The position numbers were made by a program, and so were the translations under genes. Positions 26,350-37,791 of a stretch of 59,880 nt of DNA are shown here, piece by piece. The first letter of the stretch is position 1. Each line of letters opens with the position of its first letter. The stretch is from a virus (lineage: Duplodnaviria > Caudoviricetes): the IMG/VR virus record IMGVR_UViG_3300008266_000061, positions 1 through 59,880 of that record, one strand, 5' to 3'. The notes under the pieces were generated by a model. The model was not told the origin of the DNA. It made no database searches and saw only the letters and a program-made list of their open reading frames with translations.

Positions 26350-29300
26350 TGGATTTTAACGAGATCATAAGTTTTGAGGGTGGTATCAATACCGACGACA
26401 CACCACAGGGCGTTCCAAAGGGTGACTATCGTGAGTTTTCGTATTGCCGCTTGGGATACAACTCGGGCAACGCCTATGCCGTTGAAACTTCTGACGGAAC
26501 TCTTGTTATCCCCAACGCGCAGATTGATGACGCGGATCAAATCCTAGGGGCTACCCCATGGTTAAAAAATAATTCAATTGTTTATTTTGTATTCAAGGCT
26601 GACCTTGACCATCAGATATGGGTTTACGACATTACTAATCAGACTCATACACTTGCTGTTCAAGGTTCTGAGCTTAATTTCAGTCGTGATTGGCCGATAT
26701 TTCACTCTAATATCATAGATGATATTTTAAAGTGGACAGACGGACGTTGGGATCCTCAAATGTATGAGGCTGACGGAACTCGTTTATTCAACCCCCCATA
26801 TCAGATAAACTTAGCAAAGGCATTGGAGTCTCCAACGCCAAACGGATATTATCCCGTAATTGACCTTCAAACTATTGACGCCATCAAGTGGCCGTTAGAG
26901 CCACCAATTGTTAGTTATTTTACCGACACAACTCGTCAAGACAATAAACTTCGAAATAAACTATTCAAGTTTATCATCCAGCCGATATATGAAAACGGCG
27001 AGGTGGGTGTTTGGTCAATGTACTCCAAGTTAGATTTGCCTGAGCAGTCAGAACTAATACCCGGTACAAACTGGGTTTATTTAAACAATGATAACGGGAT
27101 AATAATTCAGTTCAATACAGGGCCGAAAATTATCCGTAAGTTTAATATAGCTGTACAGCAGTTTGATAAAAGTAATTTTGGTACAGAGCCTCCGTTTTCG
27201 GTTTTTCTTCAGTTAGACAAGGAACAGGATTCTATTTCAGACAACTCCATACACGCGATTAGTTACTATGGCGGCGTATCAACCGTTCCAGCAATGGACG
27301 TGTTTAAAAATTATGACCGCCTTCCGATCATTGCGGACTGTCAAGAGTATTTGCCTACTAACCAGTTAACTTACGTTAACTTTAGAGAGGGGTATAACAA
27401 GCCGTCCGAGCTGGATGAAGTTTTAGACGTAACGGTTGGATACAGTTTAAATGAGATACGCTGGAACGCATGGGCAGCACTTGATTTTGCAATTGATTAC
27501 AACATTGGAGTTAACGCGTCTACAATAACAAGCGACACTAGTGATTGGGACGCCTTCGGTACATATGCGATGTTTCCATTTTCGGCTGGAATAATTTTTT
27601 ATGGCCCACCCCCATCCAGTGTATCGATTAGACAGATGACGTATCAGTTGACACAATATGATATTGATACAGCACTGGCTTCTGGACCAAATATATGGGA
27701 CTGGAATGTAGCCATAATGCAAATTATTGGCGATGCGTTCATGGATCAAATGGGGTATGCGAACGGCACAGCGGCAATATTTGGCTTGGCCGTAAGATAT
27801 ACATTCACCGCCGGACCTAATGTGGCCGGAGTCCCTTCGCCAAGGGTTAGGACAACAAGGCAAACACTGGCAACGCCATCATTAAAGGCGGGAGCAACGC
27901 ATGAGTTTGGAATTGTGTATGGAGACAGGGCTTATAGGGACAGCACGGTATATACCGCAGACTCTATGAACTTGTTTGTTCCGTGGTTTTACGACATCGA
28001 CAGGTCTGGACTAGATAATCCCGACAACCCGTTTACCATAAATGCTGAATTTACTATTGATCATATACCCCCTGTTTGGGCAACAAAGTATTGGATAGTT
28101 GCAAAACCAGCTACGGAAATTTTAAGTTTTGGTCAATACACAACAAACGCAAACGATTTATCGGCAGGCTTAACGTCTGGCTATATTTCGTCTATTACCT
28201 TAGATGACGACAACATAAATAGATACAAAATCAATATAGATAGGTATTATGAATCGCAGAATATTGGCGCAAAAATACAGCATGAAATCAAGGTAGGCGA
28301 CAAGATAAGGTTTATAAGAAGGCGACTAGACGCCCCAGGAACCGACGCCTCTCAGGTAGCGTATTTACCATACCTTGAGTTAGACGTGGTCGATTACCAA
28401 CCGGCAAGTGGAGAGGAGCAACGTCAAGTGGTATACACTAATATTTTTGACACCGGGCTCATAGAGTCTCCTGCGGGACTGGCCTCAGTTCTTAATCAAT
28501 TATTCGGTCAGTTAATAGAGATATATACCCCCAGACCAGCTGTTGATGACACGGGAAGTATATTTGTAAGTACATGGAAGGATGTTAGTGAGGCCATAGA
28601 TATAATCAATCCTTATACTGAGGATAGGTCACACGCATCCCCTATAGCTTACTATGTCCAAGTTGGTCAGGCTGCAAGTTATTTCCTGTACTTGTCCGGA
28701 GACCAATCCGAATTATTAAACACGGCTTGGAATGCTACCGTTTACAATTTAGACGGTACGACGTCCCAAGTATCAACAATAGTTATAGACGTTAGATATA
28801 ACTCGTTTACGAACGTCACCACCTTAATATTGCAGGGTATAACACCTACATCAAACACGGCATTAGTTACCCTATATTACGTAAACCAGGTTGTAAACAA
28901 CTTGGTAAGCACAACTCCCGCAACATTCACCTTATCTTATGGTGATGTTTATGTGAGACAAAGAAACTACCAGACCGGAATGGGCGGCGGATCTACTCAA
29001 GCGTATTATTTTATTGAGGATCCTAACTATTCAGACTATTGGGCTAGTAATATACATGAAACAGGCAGGATAAGAATAGAGGATCAAAACGCCAAGATGA
29101 CTCACCGTCAGGCAACAGCAATACATTCCGGCACCTTTATATTAGGGACTCAAGTAAACAACCTTTCTTCCTTTGCGCTTGATAACGAGAACATAAAGGA
29201 CATGAACCCTACGTTCGGTCCTGTGATCAAAGCCTTGATGTCGGGCCGCGAGGGTAAGACTCTAAAGTGCCTTCAACAAAAGAAGGAGAACTCAATCTAC

Positions 29301-30680
29301 ATACAGTTCTACCCCAACGAGGTTGGATCGGACTCAACGGTGCGCGTATCCAATGCGACATTCGCGTCCTGGTTCGACTACAAGAGCTTGTTTGGATGCT
29401 CTAATCCAGGCGCTACTGCTATTCTTCCTAACGGTGCTTCCATGTACTTTGACAACAACGCTGGTGTGTTTGTTTACTCTGGCGCTAATGGGCAGATTGT
29501 GGTGAGTGAAATAGACCAGGATAACGGCAAGGACTACAAATTCAGAACAAAGACAAAAGAGCTTGCCAAATCTTACAATGCGAGTGCCAATCCGGTGGTC
29601 AGAACATATATTAACGAGTCTGTTGGCGAGGTAGGTTTTGCGTTCCGATTTGACTCTCCTTACACAGGTGTTGTCTATGGGGCTTATGATGGAGAATTTT
29701 TGCCATATTTTAGAATAGATGGTGACGTTTCGTATCTGTATGGGTATGACATTGTACTATTCTTTGAAGAAAGCGGTAATTCATATAGTGGAAATATCAA
29801 CTATGTTTTTTATGACGAAGAGTCAAATTACACCTTGATTGGCATTGAAGACGTGACTCCAAGTATAGACGACTATAATCAGCCAGGGTATTACTACACG
29901 GCCAGCGGACTATCTTACGATCATGTGGTGTTTGACTACGTAAACATGAGGTGGAGGTCAACCTATGACTATAACTTCCAGCAGTTCTGTAACCTTGGAC
30001 AAACTCTTGTTGGGTGGGGTGTAAACAATCAGCTTTACGTCCATAATCAACCAGAACAGTGGACCTTCCACGGCGATTCGTTTACTCAAAAGGTATCTTT
30101 TGTTTCCAATGAACAACCGTTGATGCTCAAGCGTTATCAAGACATATCCTTAGTATCGGATGATTTATTTTCGATATCAGCTGAGTCAGAACCTAACCGA
30201 AGTTATCCTTTGGGAATGAAGACCACCATGCCCACAAACCTAATTAGCACGTATGAGGGCTACGGCAAGGTAAACTATCGTAAGAATCTTTACGACCCCA
30301 AGTTCTTCAACAACAACAATACCTGCTCTTCATACTACAACCCGCCCTCCCAGCTTATAAATGGGTGGGTGTTTGACTTTGACCAGTCTACGCTTGTGGG
30401 GCAGGTGGTAACAATACTTCAAGCCGGGGGAGATATATTTACGGGCGAGGTTTTAACCGCTGTTTACTACCCTATTAACGACTGGACCCTAGTAACATTG
30501 CAGGGACAACAGCCGGACAGTAACAACATTCCAGGCACTTGGTACTACAGCGACATCGCTATGTGGAACGGAGAAGATATAAGGGCGAATGCTTTAACCC
30601 ACACGTTAGAGTACGACCCCACAATTAATAATACAGGTTCCGTCCTTGTATCGGTTGGAATCAAAGGTGTTTTATCTTAA
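26349..30680 (+). CDS. Tail stabilisation / muzzle protein (P22 gp10-like)
   Basis: N-terminal FEGGINTD, LKWTDG..P..IN, LKAGATHEFGIVY.D, YGDVY, FGCSNP; 1443 aa, beta-rich. Confidence 0.8.
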   Translation: MDFNEIISFEGGINTDDTPQGVPKGDYREFSYCRLGYNSGNAYAVETSDGTLVIPNAQIDDADQILGATPWLKNNSIVYFVFKADLDHQIWVYDITNQTHTLAVQGSELNFSRDWPIFHSNIIDDILKWTDGRWDPQMYEADGTRLFNPPYQINLAKALESPTPNGYYPVIDLQTIDAIKWPLEPPIVSYFTDTTRQDNKLRNKLFKFIIQPIYENGEVGVWSMYSKLDLPEQSELIPGTNWVYLNNDNGIIIQFNTGPKIIRKFNIAVQQFDKSNFGTEPPFSVFLQLDKEQDSISDNSIHAISYYGGVSTVPAMDVFKNYDRLPIIADCQEYLPTNQLTYVNFREGYNKPSELDEVLDVTVGYSLNEIRWNAWAALDFAIDYNIGVNASTITSDTSDWDAFGTYAMFPFSAGIIFYGPPPSSVSIRQMTYQLTQYDIDTALASGPNIWDWNVAIMQIIGDAFMDQMGYANGTAAIFGLAVRYTFTAGPNVAGVPSPRVRTTRQTLATPSLKAGATHEFGIVYGDRAYRDSTVYTADSMNLFVPWFYDIDRSGLDNPDNPFTINAEFTIDHIPPVWATKYWIVAKPATEILSFGQYTTNANDLSAGLTSGYISSITLDDDNINRYKINIDRYYESQNIGAKIQHEIKVGDKIRFIRRRLDAPGTDASQVAYLPYLELDVVDYQPASGEEQRQVVYTNIFDTGLIESPAGLASVLNQLFGQLIEIYTPRPAVDDTGSIFVSTWKDVSEAIDIINPYTEDRSHASPIAYYVQVGQAASYFLYLSGDQSELLNTAWNATVYNLDGTTSQVSTIVIDVRYNSFTNVTTLILQGITPTSNTALVTLYYVNQVVNNLVSTTPATFTLSYGDVYVRQRNYQTGMGGGSTQAYYFIEDPNYSDYWASNIHETGRIRIEDQNAKMTHRQATAIHSGTFILGTQVNNLSSFALDNENIKDMNPTFGPVIKALMSGREGKTLKCLQQKKENSIYIQFYPNEVGSDSTVRVSNATFASWFDYKSLFGCSNPGATAILPNGASMYFDNNAGVFVYSGANGQIVVSEIDQDNGKDYKFRTKTKELAKSYNASANPVVRTYINESVGEVGFAFRFDSPYTGVVYGAYDGEFLPYFRIDGDVSYLYGYDIVLFFEESGNSYSGNINYVFYDEESNYTLIGIEDVTPSIDDYNQPGYYYTASGLSYDHVVFDYVNMRWRSTYDYNFQQFCNLGQTLVGWGVNNQLYVHNQPEQWTFHGDSFTQKVSFVSNEQPLMLKRYQDISLVSDDLFSISAESEPNRSYPLGMKTTMPTNLISTYEGYGKVNYRKNLYDPKFFNNNNTCSSYYNPPSQLINGWVFDFDQSTLVGQVVTILQAGGDIFTGEVLTAVYYPINDWTLVTLQGQQPDSNNIPGTWYYSDIAMWNGEDIRANALTHTLEYDPTINNTGSVLVSVGIKGVLS

Positions 30681-30715
30681 ATTTGCCAATCGTCTAATCT
30701 AATAAAGAAAAAGAT

Positions 30716-31633
30716 ATGCCCATACCGTTAGCTTTAATGGCTGCGCCAGCCGCCATACAAGGCGCAACATCATTAGCACAATTTATTGCGGCAAGGAAAG
30801 CTCAGAAAGGTCTTGGCGAAAGGCCCGACTATGAAATACCAGAGCCCGCAAAGCAGGCGCTTGGCATTTCGCAACGTCTGGCCTCTTCTTACGAGATGCC
30901 GGGCGCTGGGGCAAGAAGGTACTCGCAGGATCTACAGAACCAAAGGTTTGTGGCCGCTGCGTTACAGGCGGGAAATAGTCAAGACGCAATGGCGATGCTT
31001 ACGAAGGGGTTGGAAGGGGCGCAGATGGGCGAGCTTGATTATTCACTACAATCTGCCCAAAACTACCAACAAAGGCAGCAGGACCTGCAACAGGCTCTTG
31101 GAACTTATGCGGGATATGAAGACATGAAGAGTGCCGATGAGTTGACCGCGTTTAATGAAGAGTCTGACAGGATAGCCAAATTAAAAGGTGCCGCCTTAGA
31201 AAACATGATAGGGGCTGCTCAAGGGATTGGCCAGATGGGCATGATGAGCATGATGTATGGGGGGGCGGGTGCTGGCACAAAAGGCTCTATGGCTGACGCG
31301 TTTACCAAGTCTTCTGATTTGCCTAGTTCTTTTGACCACTCCAATATGTCCGGCAAGGACTTGATCAAGTTCATGATGCAAGACAGGCAAGCACCTCCCA
31401 CAGCGGGCGCTCCTGCTTCAAGGGCAACCCAAGGAACATATTCGCCTTCATTTGGCTTAGGTAATAGGAGGGGTAAAAATCCAGGCATGTGGGACGAGAC
31501 ATTCCCTGGCTTATATTCTGGCCTAGGCATGGATAGTTTTTCAATACCAAATTTAAAAAAGTCAGGCGGCTATGGGCTTAATAACTTTAACTCTGGTTTT
31601 TTTAATAACGACTTAACTAATCCGGTGTACTAA
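30716..31633 (+). CDS. Putative ejected internal virion protein
   Basis: Ala/Gly/Gln-rich with hydrophobic N-terminus; first gene after muzzle; TAAATTTG at 30678-30685. Confidence 0.6.
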   Translation: MPIPLALMAAPAAIQGATSLAQFIAARKAQKGLGERPDYEIPEPAKQALGISQRLASSYEMPGAGARRYSQDLQNQRFVAAALQAGNSQDAMAMLTKGLEGAQMGELDYSLQSAQNYQQRQQDLQQALGTYAGYEDMKSADELTAFNEESDRIAKLKGAALENMIGAAQGIGQMGMMSMMYGGAGAGTKGSMADAFTKSSDLPSSFDHSNMSGKDLIKFMMQDRQAPPTAGAPASRATQGTYSPSFGLGNRRGKNPGMWDETFPGLYSGLGMDSFSIPNLKKSGGYGLNNFNSGFFNNDLTNPVY

Positions 31634-31635
31634 AA

Positions 31636-32928
31636 ATGGCAACGCCAATACAAGCAAGAGTGGGGTCTGAGGGCGGTGGTGACGCCACCGTGTTTGACAC
31701 GTCTCAATTTTATACGCAGATGTACAACATCCAGAAGGATGTTTTAAGTGAGCGCGATAAAAAGAAAAAAGAACTTGAGCGACAGCAGAAGACTTGGAAC
31801 GCCCTTTTAGAAGACCCCGGCGATGTTTGGCAGGCGGACTATGAGTATGTTAACAAGGCGGTAAATGAGTACAACGACTATATAATCGACCTCCGCTCCC
31901 AGGGCATCGATCCGGAGACAATGGACGCAAACATAATGCGTAAGATGAAGCGGCTTGAGGGGGAGATACGCAAGGCAACATCTGCCGCTAAAGAAAACAA
32001 GACATACTCCGACCAGTCCTTTAACATACTTAACCAGGACAAGCAAAACAAGTATAATAAAGACTACGCCACCGACTGGTTAAAAAAATATGCCGACCCA
32101 AAATTAACCCCTCAAGACAGGGCAAAAATGCGTATAGAGTCAAACCCGTTCAAGGTTAACTACGACCTGATTGAGTTTACGAAAAATACGATACCAGAAA
32201 AAGAGGTGATTGTGGGCAAGGACAAGAAGACGACGCAGCGAAACAGGGAGGCACATCGCGCAGTTGTGTTGGATTACGTAATGAACGACCCGCAGGGGCA
32301 GGACGTGTATGAGTCGCTTAAAAAACCAAACGAGACAGAGCTAGAGTTTTCGGAAAGGGTAGCGGCAAAGGGGCAGGAACTTTTTCCTGTCAACGAGGAG
32401 CCTATTAAAAAGGGCACCTCCAAGGGTTCATCTAGCGGCACGTCTTCGAGTTCAAAGACAAAAAAGCCGACCGTTAAGGTACAGAGCAGAGACACAGACA
32501 CGTTGGACAACAACGGGCAGCCCAAATATGACCAAAGCCTGTCGTACAACAAGTTGTTGCTTGACAACACACCCCCGGTTTATGTAGTCGCTGATGACGG
32601 CACAACAAGGGTAAAGGACTTCATCCCGTCGGGCGGCTTTAAGATCAGGCCAGATGGCCACGTCGAGGCTGTCGGTGAGGGTAAAAGCGAGGCCGACAAC
32701 AGCTTGGTGGAGGTCACTATAAACTATGGCAAAAACCAAGACCAGTTCAATATAGCCGGATATCCAGACATGTTTGTTGCCTTTCAGAAGGGGAAAAAAG
32801 ATACCGGTTCCAAAAAGACAATTAAAAGATCTGAAATACAAGGCAAGGCAACGGCTGCTGGATATAAAAACGTAGCTGAATACGAGGCTATACTCAAAAA
32901 AAATGGTGTAACAATTACAGAGGATTAA
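31636..32928 (+). CDS. Putative internal virion (cargo) protein
   Basis: Helical, no Cys seen; position in cargo block. Confidence 0.55.
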   Translation: MATPIQARVGSEGGGDATVFDTSQFYTQMYNIQKDVLSERDKKKKELERQQKTWNALLEDPGDVWQADYEYVNKAVNEYNDYIIDLRSQGIDPETMDANIMRKMKRLEGEIRKATSAAKENKTYSDQSFNILNQDKQNKYNKDYATDWLKKYADPKLTPQDRAKMRIESNPFKVNYDLIEFTKNTIPEKEVIVGKDKKTTQRNREAHRAVVLDYVMNDPQGQDVYESLKKPNETELEFSERVAAKGQELFPVNEEPIKKGTSKGSSSGTSSSSKTKKPTVKVQSRDTDTLDNNGQPKYDQSLSYNKLLLDNTPPVYVVADDGTTRVKDFIPSGGFKIRPDGHVEAVGEGKSEADNSLVEVTINYGKNQDQFNIAGYPDMFVAFQKGKKDTGSKKTIKRSEIQGKATAAGYKNVAEYEAILKKNGVTITED

Positions 32929-32932
32929 TAGC

Positions 32933-35900
32933 ATGGAAGAAGAATTTGACGAGTTCGGGGTTCCGATTAAGCCGTTGGCCAATGAGTCAAAACCAGCCAA
33001 GCCAACGACCGCTAAGGTCGAGGTCGATGAGTATGGCGTGCCTATAAAAAAAAAAGAGGGTACTACACCAGGTTCAGAGCAGCCTGTACAGCCTTCTGCG
33101 ACGAGTGGCGGTCCTGATCAGGCCTCTGTAGACAAGCAAAAGACACTTCTTAGCAATGTAAAGAGGCTATATAAAAACTTCTTAAATGATGCAGACCAGG
33201 CGTTGAATGACGGCTGGGATGTGGACTATACCAAGAAGCACTTTAGCGACAGGCGCGGCCAAATCAGCAGCATGCTTGACGAGATGGACAGTCTCGGCGG
33301 AGATGACGTGCGTAAGTGGACGTCTGGCATGCGCTCCGCGATGGAGAACAGTCAAAACAATGTTGTCGCCCAGCGTGATTCTTACCTTAGCTACTTCAGC
33401 GACCCGGAAAACTTGTACGCAGAAGATAAAGGCAACAGGGAGTGGTTTTCCAAGAATGTCAAGGAGGTTGAGGGTATTTTAAGTGGCAGACAGGCGGCCA
33501 ACCCAAAGGAGGGTTTGCCGTCCGTTAAGGTGCCCAAAAAGAAAGAGTTTGGCAAGGGAGAGGTTCCGTCGTTACGTGAAATTGTGCAGAAGCCTCAAGC
33601 CGAAATGTTTAAACCGGAAGAGGATGACTACACGAGCGAAAGGTTAAAAATCGCCGCGTATCAGGAGGCTAACGATAAATACAAGGACCTCGTAGGGCTT
33701 ACAAAGAATGTCACGGTAACCACCAACAAGGCTGGCAACACAGAGATCGGTAACGTTGTCGTGGACTATAATCTACTCATCCAGAACGAGGAGATGTGGA
33801 AGAAGTATGTTGGCGAAGATTTGCCGTGGCCAGGTGGCGTATACGAGCCAAACCCACAGAAAAGGAAAGATATACGGCTAGAGGCTGAAAATCGTATCAA
33901 GCAAAAAATTCAGAATGCCAGCGACAATGTAGGCGAAACCCTTGACACCAAGATTATAGACAAGATAGTTGAGGAAAACTTTAACGAGAAAACATTCGCC
34001 CACTTCTTAAAGGCCCCGGACGAAGACATCACGCAAACAACTGTTGACTCCAGCAAGTTGGATGAACAGGTAAGAAAAATAATCGAGCAGTATGGCCTTG
34101 ACCCAAACGGGTCTGCTGTAAGCATCCTGTATGACAAGGCCAACGCTGCGGTACAGAGCCAGTCCACGCAATATGACACCGACGAATACTTTAAAGAGGA
34201 ACACCCGGAGGCGTATGCGCTCAGAGAGAAGTACAAGAGCGGTAAGTTCCAAGAGGAAATAAACGCAAGGTACATATCCGATATAGAGGCGATGTACAGC
34301 CAGTACGAGTCCCAGGCAAACACCGAGATTGACGCTATTGTTTCTGTCGCTAAAAAGCAGGCCGACCAGCTTGCTATAAAATATAACGAGCAGACTGACG
34401 CAATAAAGCAAGAGGTCAAGAAACTGGGTGAGGACTATCAAAACGGCGTCATTGATGAGCTGACCTATAACGACGCTTTCAACAAGTACAACCAACAGCT
34501 TGCTGAATTAGGCGATGCCTTCCAGGCCTTGTTGCCGGACCAGTCCCAGTTGATGGAAGAAGCCAACAAGATATACTCGAGGTACAACAGCACCTTTGAG
34601 ATGAGAAAGGCTGAGATGGTAAAGAGGGCTGACGAGGAGTTGAAAAAGTATGCCGCTGGCATCCCAGAGGAGGACCTCAAGACTATCAACACGGCTTATC
34701 AGATGTCCTTTGACAAGGCAATGTCTGAAAGGAATAGTGAGCTGTTCAAGCAGATGAAGATGACCCAGCAGGAGTCGGTAATCCCGCTGTATATAGCCCG
34801 CCGTTCGTTCATGAACGGGCTAGGTTCGTTTATAAAAAACATAGGCAACTACACTGACAGTCAGGACCTTAAAGTGATGGGTGAGACCATGCAGAACGAA
34901 TGGAGTTCTGCCGCCCCTAAGGTGAAAGACATTGGCTTTAATGCCGACGACTTGTACTACAACAGCCAAATCGCGTTAGGCAACATGGGTGGCAACATGG
35001 CCCCGGCATTGCTTGGCACGGGGCTGGTTAGCTACTTCTCTGGCGGGGCCGCTACCGGACAGGCCGTAACCCTAATGGCTGGATGGGTAGGGAACTGGGC
35101 AAGTGAGACCATGTCAATAGCGGGCGAGAATGGCGCCGCTGTTTTGGCGAAGACTGGCGACGTTAGGCGCTCTGAGCAGGCCGTGTCGAGAAGCATTGAC
35201 GCCCAAAAGGACCTGTTCTTTACATACGCCATAGACGGCCTTCCATTTACAAAGGGCGCATACAGGCTCGTGTCTGGTTGGGGCAAAGGGCTTGGTGCTG
35301 ACATATCGGGGAGGGCCGCAAGGGCTGTCGTTGGCGGAGCTGTTGAGGTGTTACAGGAGACTTTCCTGCAAGAACTGCCACAGAATATTGCCCAAGAAAA
35401 TATAGTAGAGAAAGAACGCGATCCATGGACAAACTTTGGCGAAATGTATTCCAGGGAGCGTATCAAGGAGACCCTTGTGGGCGTTGCACCGATAGGTATC
35501 CTGGGTTTCATTGGCGGCGCAAGGACTGGCTCTTTGGCCCAGCAGCGAGTAGACGAGGCACAGGCGTTTAACGACAAGGCAACCCTTGCCGGTGGGTTTG
35601 AAGACCAGCGACGTCAGTACTTACAGGGGCTTGTGTTTGAAAAGAACGAGAAGTACGCAAGGGGTGTGGTGTCCTCACTGTATGCGACCGGCAACATAGA
35701 CGTCAACGAGGCGGCCCAGATGCAGGAGCAGATTACGGACGCGAACCGGATAAAACTTGCCGCAGACAACGCCAAGCTCAACACAAGCCAACGCAACGTG
35801 TATGGGTTCTTTAGTGCCCGGGCGGACGAGGCAAGAAGGAACGCGGACAAGAACTCAAACGACCCTATCCTCGAGAAGATGTACCGCCAACAACAGGCTC

Positions 35901-37744
35901 AATACGAGCGTGTTGGTGCGGAATACTTGCAGGGAAAGTCGCCAGACATGCTTACGCTTACTTACGCGGACGGCACGTCCATGATGATGACCCCGGAGGA
36001 CGCCAAGGGGCTTAGCGAGAACAAAGATTTTTTAACCCTGTTGGCCAAGAAGCGTGTTAGCGTTTCGGGATACGGCAACACCCAGCCTATACTGGACCAG
36101 TTGCAGACAAGTGTAAACAACCACGAGACGTCTACCACGTGGAAGCAGAAGGCTGAGAAATTGACCGGCATGGTCAAGTCTATAGTTGAGCCACGCAGGG
36201 TGGATATTGAGGATAAAAAGCCTATGCCTACCGAGGCGGCACAAAAGCAGGTTGATCAGAACTACAACAACACTGCGGACCTCTTGAAGGCAATGAAGGC
36301 CGGGGACCAGTTCCTGACGACGGTAATTGGAAACCCCTTGTGGGGCAAGTTGGCTGATGACAAACGGAATGCGATAACTTCGCTTTCTGGCCAGATGGCC
36401 AAAGACCGTCAGTTGATGGCCGACAACGATTCGGAGTCAAACGAGTACAAGCAAGCAAAGGAGAGGATTGCCGCCAATGAAAAGGCGGTCTATGACATAT
36501 TAAACGGTAAAGTAGATGATACGAAAAACATCACGGGGGTACCAGGTCAAGTCGGAGTCGGGCAAAAACCTGTCGAAACCCAACCTGTCGAAGGCGCAGG
36601 CACAGAAACGACTACAACAGGTGGAGTACTTCAAGAAGAAGAAGTAGCCGACCCGCGCCAGAGGGTCTTAAACTCTATCACGGAGCAGGACTTCATCGAC
36701 AACGCCCCGGCCATAACCACCCCAGACATTGAGCGAATCAAGTCAGACGACGCATCTAAACAACAGGCCGCCGAGAAGGCGCGAAAGGAGGCCGAGTCAG
36801 CATATGCTTACCTGGACGGACAGAAGACAGCTAAGGAGTTCCTTGCAGACAACGGCTACGACGTGGAGGGCATGAGCGATGAGGACGCTAAAAAGTATGC
36901 GGACTCTGACGCTGAGTACTGGAAAAACAAGCTCACAGCTGAAGAGGCTAAGGGCGGCAAGAAGCCGACAAAGGCTAAGAAACCGGGCCGCACTAAGGGG
37001 GCTAAGATTGCCCAGAAGGAGCAAGAGAAGATGGACCTGCTCGAGAGTGGTGTGCAGTCAAGCCAGGAGAGGATTAAGCAGCTTATAGCCGAGGGTGCCA
37101 CGCCAGACCAGGCGTATGCCATCACCGAGGCCGAATGGAAACAGACCGAGGACGGCAAGAAATATGTCGCCCTACAGGAAGAAATAGCCAAGATGTCTCA
37201 AGAGAAGGAGCCCGCGCCGTCTCGTAAAAAGAAGGAGCCAGAGCCCCTCAAGATGCCAGAGATCCCAACAGGCGGGCAGCAAAGGATCGCGACAATCAAC
37301 AGCCTTGAAGAGGCCGTGTTTAAGAGCGCGACGGGGGAAAGCGATATGAGCCTTGAGGAGGTGAACCAGGCCCAGGCGACTGTAGCCGAAATGAAGAAGC
37401 AGAACAAGGAGGGTGGATTAAACGAGGCAGAGCTTGCCATGAAGAAGGCGCTTGGCGAGAAGGTTGTCACAAGGTCTGACGTGGACAAAATGGTCAAGGA
37501 AAAGAAGGTGAAGGAGAAGTGTCCTCCTAAATCTAAAAAGGCTGAACACGGCATGTCGTTCGGCTTCAAGCCCGGCGGCAAGTGGCAAGTCGTTAAGAAC
37601 TTTAAAGGCAAAAGCCACGAGAACGGGGGTATAGACATCGAGGTGATTGGCGGCAAGTTGAAGTACACCGACAAGGATGCCAGCACCAAGGCAAAAAACG
37701 GCATGTATTGGACAATGAAGGGTGTCGATAGTGACAAGAAATGA
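32933..37744 (+). CDS. Large internal virion (cargo) protein, 1603 aa
   Basis: Coiled coils, central Gly/Ala-rich hydrophobic region, C-terminal GKSHENGGIDI motif. Confidence 0.65.
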   Translation: MEEEFDEFGVPIKPLANESKPAKPTTAKVEVDEYGVPIKKKEGTTPGSEQPVQPSATSGGPDQASVDKQKTLLSNVKRLYKNFLNDADQALNDGWDVDYTKKHFSDRRGQISSMLDEMDSLGGDDVRKWTSGMRSAMENSQNNVVAQRDSYLSYFSDPENLYAEDKGNREWFSKNVKEVEGILSGRQAANPKEGLPSVKVPKKKEFGKGEVPSLREIVQKPQAEMFKPEEDDYTSERLKIAAYQEANDKYKDLVGLTKNVTVTTNKAGNTEIGNVVVDYNLLIQNEEMWKKYVGEDLPWPGGVYEPNPQKRKDIRLEAENRIKQKIQNASDNVGETLDTKIIDKIVEENFNEKTFAHFLKAPDEDITQTTVDSSKLDEQVRKIIEQYGLDPNGSAVSILYDKANAAVQSQSTQYDTDEYFKEEHPEAYALREKYKSGKFQEEINARYISDIEAMYSQYESQANTEIDAIVSVAKKQADQLAIKYNEQTDAIKQEVKKLGEDYQNGVIDELTYNDAFNKYNQQLAELGDAFQALLPDQSQLMEEANKIYSRYNSTFEMRKAEMVKRADEELKKYAAGIPEEDLKTINTAYQMSFDKAMSERNSELFKQMKMTQQESVIPLYIARRSFMNGLGSFIKNIGNYTDSQDLKVMGETMQNEWSSAAPKVKDIGFNADDLYYNSQIALGNMGGNMAPALLGTGLVSYFSGGAATGQAVTLMAGWVGNWASETMSIAGENGAAVLAKTGDVRRSEQAVSRSIDAQKDLFFTYAIDGLPFTKGAYRLVSGWGKGLGADISGRAARAVVGGAVEVLQETFLQELPQNIAQENIVEKERDPWTNFGEMYSRERIKETLVGVAPIGILGFIGGARTGSLAQQRVDEAQAFNDKATLAGGFEDQRRQYLQGLVFEKNEKYARGVVSSLYATGNIDVNEAAQMQEQITDANRIKLAADNAKLNTSQRNVYGFFSARADEARRNADKNSNDPILEKMYRQQQAQYERVGAEYLQGKSPDMLTLTYADGTSMMMTPEDAKGLSENKDFLTLLAKKRVSVSGYGNTQPILDQLQTSVNNHETSTTWKQKAEKLTGMVKSIVEPRRVDIEDKKPMPTEAAQKQVDQNYNNTADLLKAMKAGDQFLTTVIGNPLWGKLADDKRNAITSLSGQMAKDRQLMADNDSESNEYKQAKERIAANEKAVYDILNGKVDDTKNITGVPGQVGVGQKPVETQPVEGAGTETTTTGGVLQEEEVADPRQRVLNSITEQDFIDNAPAITTPDIERIKSDDASKQQAAEKARKEAESAYAYLDGQKTAKEFLADNGYDVEGMSDEDAKKYADSDAEYWKNKLTAEEAKGGKKPTKAKKPGRTKGAKIAQKEQEKMDLLESGVQSSQERIKQLIAEGATPDQAYAITEAEWKQTEDGKKYVALQEEIAKMSQEKEPAPSRKKKEPEPLKMPEIPTGGQQRIATINSLEEAVFKSATGESDMSLEEVNQAQATVAEMKKQNKEGGLNEAELAMKKALGEKVVTRSDVDKMVKEKKVKEKCPPKSKKAEHGMSFGFKPGGKWQVVKNFKGKSHENGGIDIEVIGGKLKYTDKDASTKAKNGMYWTMKGVDSDKK

Positions 37745-37791
37745 TGTAAATTACGCCCCAATTGATGTAAGGGCTTATCCCTGGTAACACA

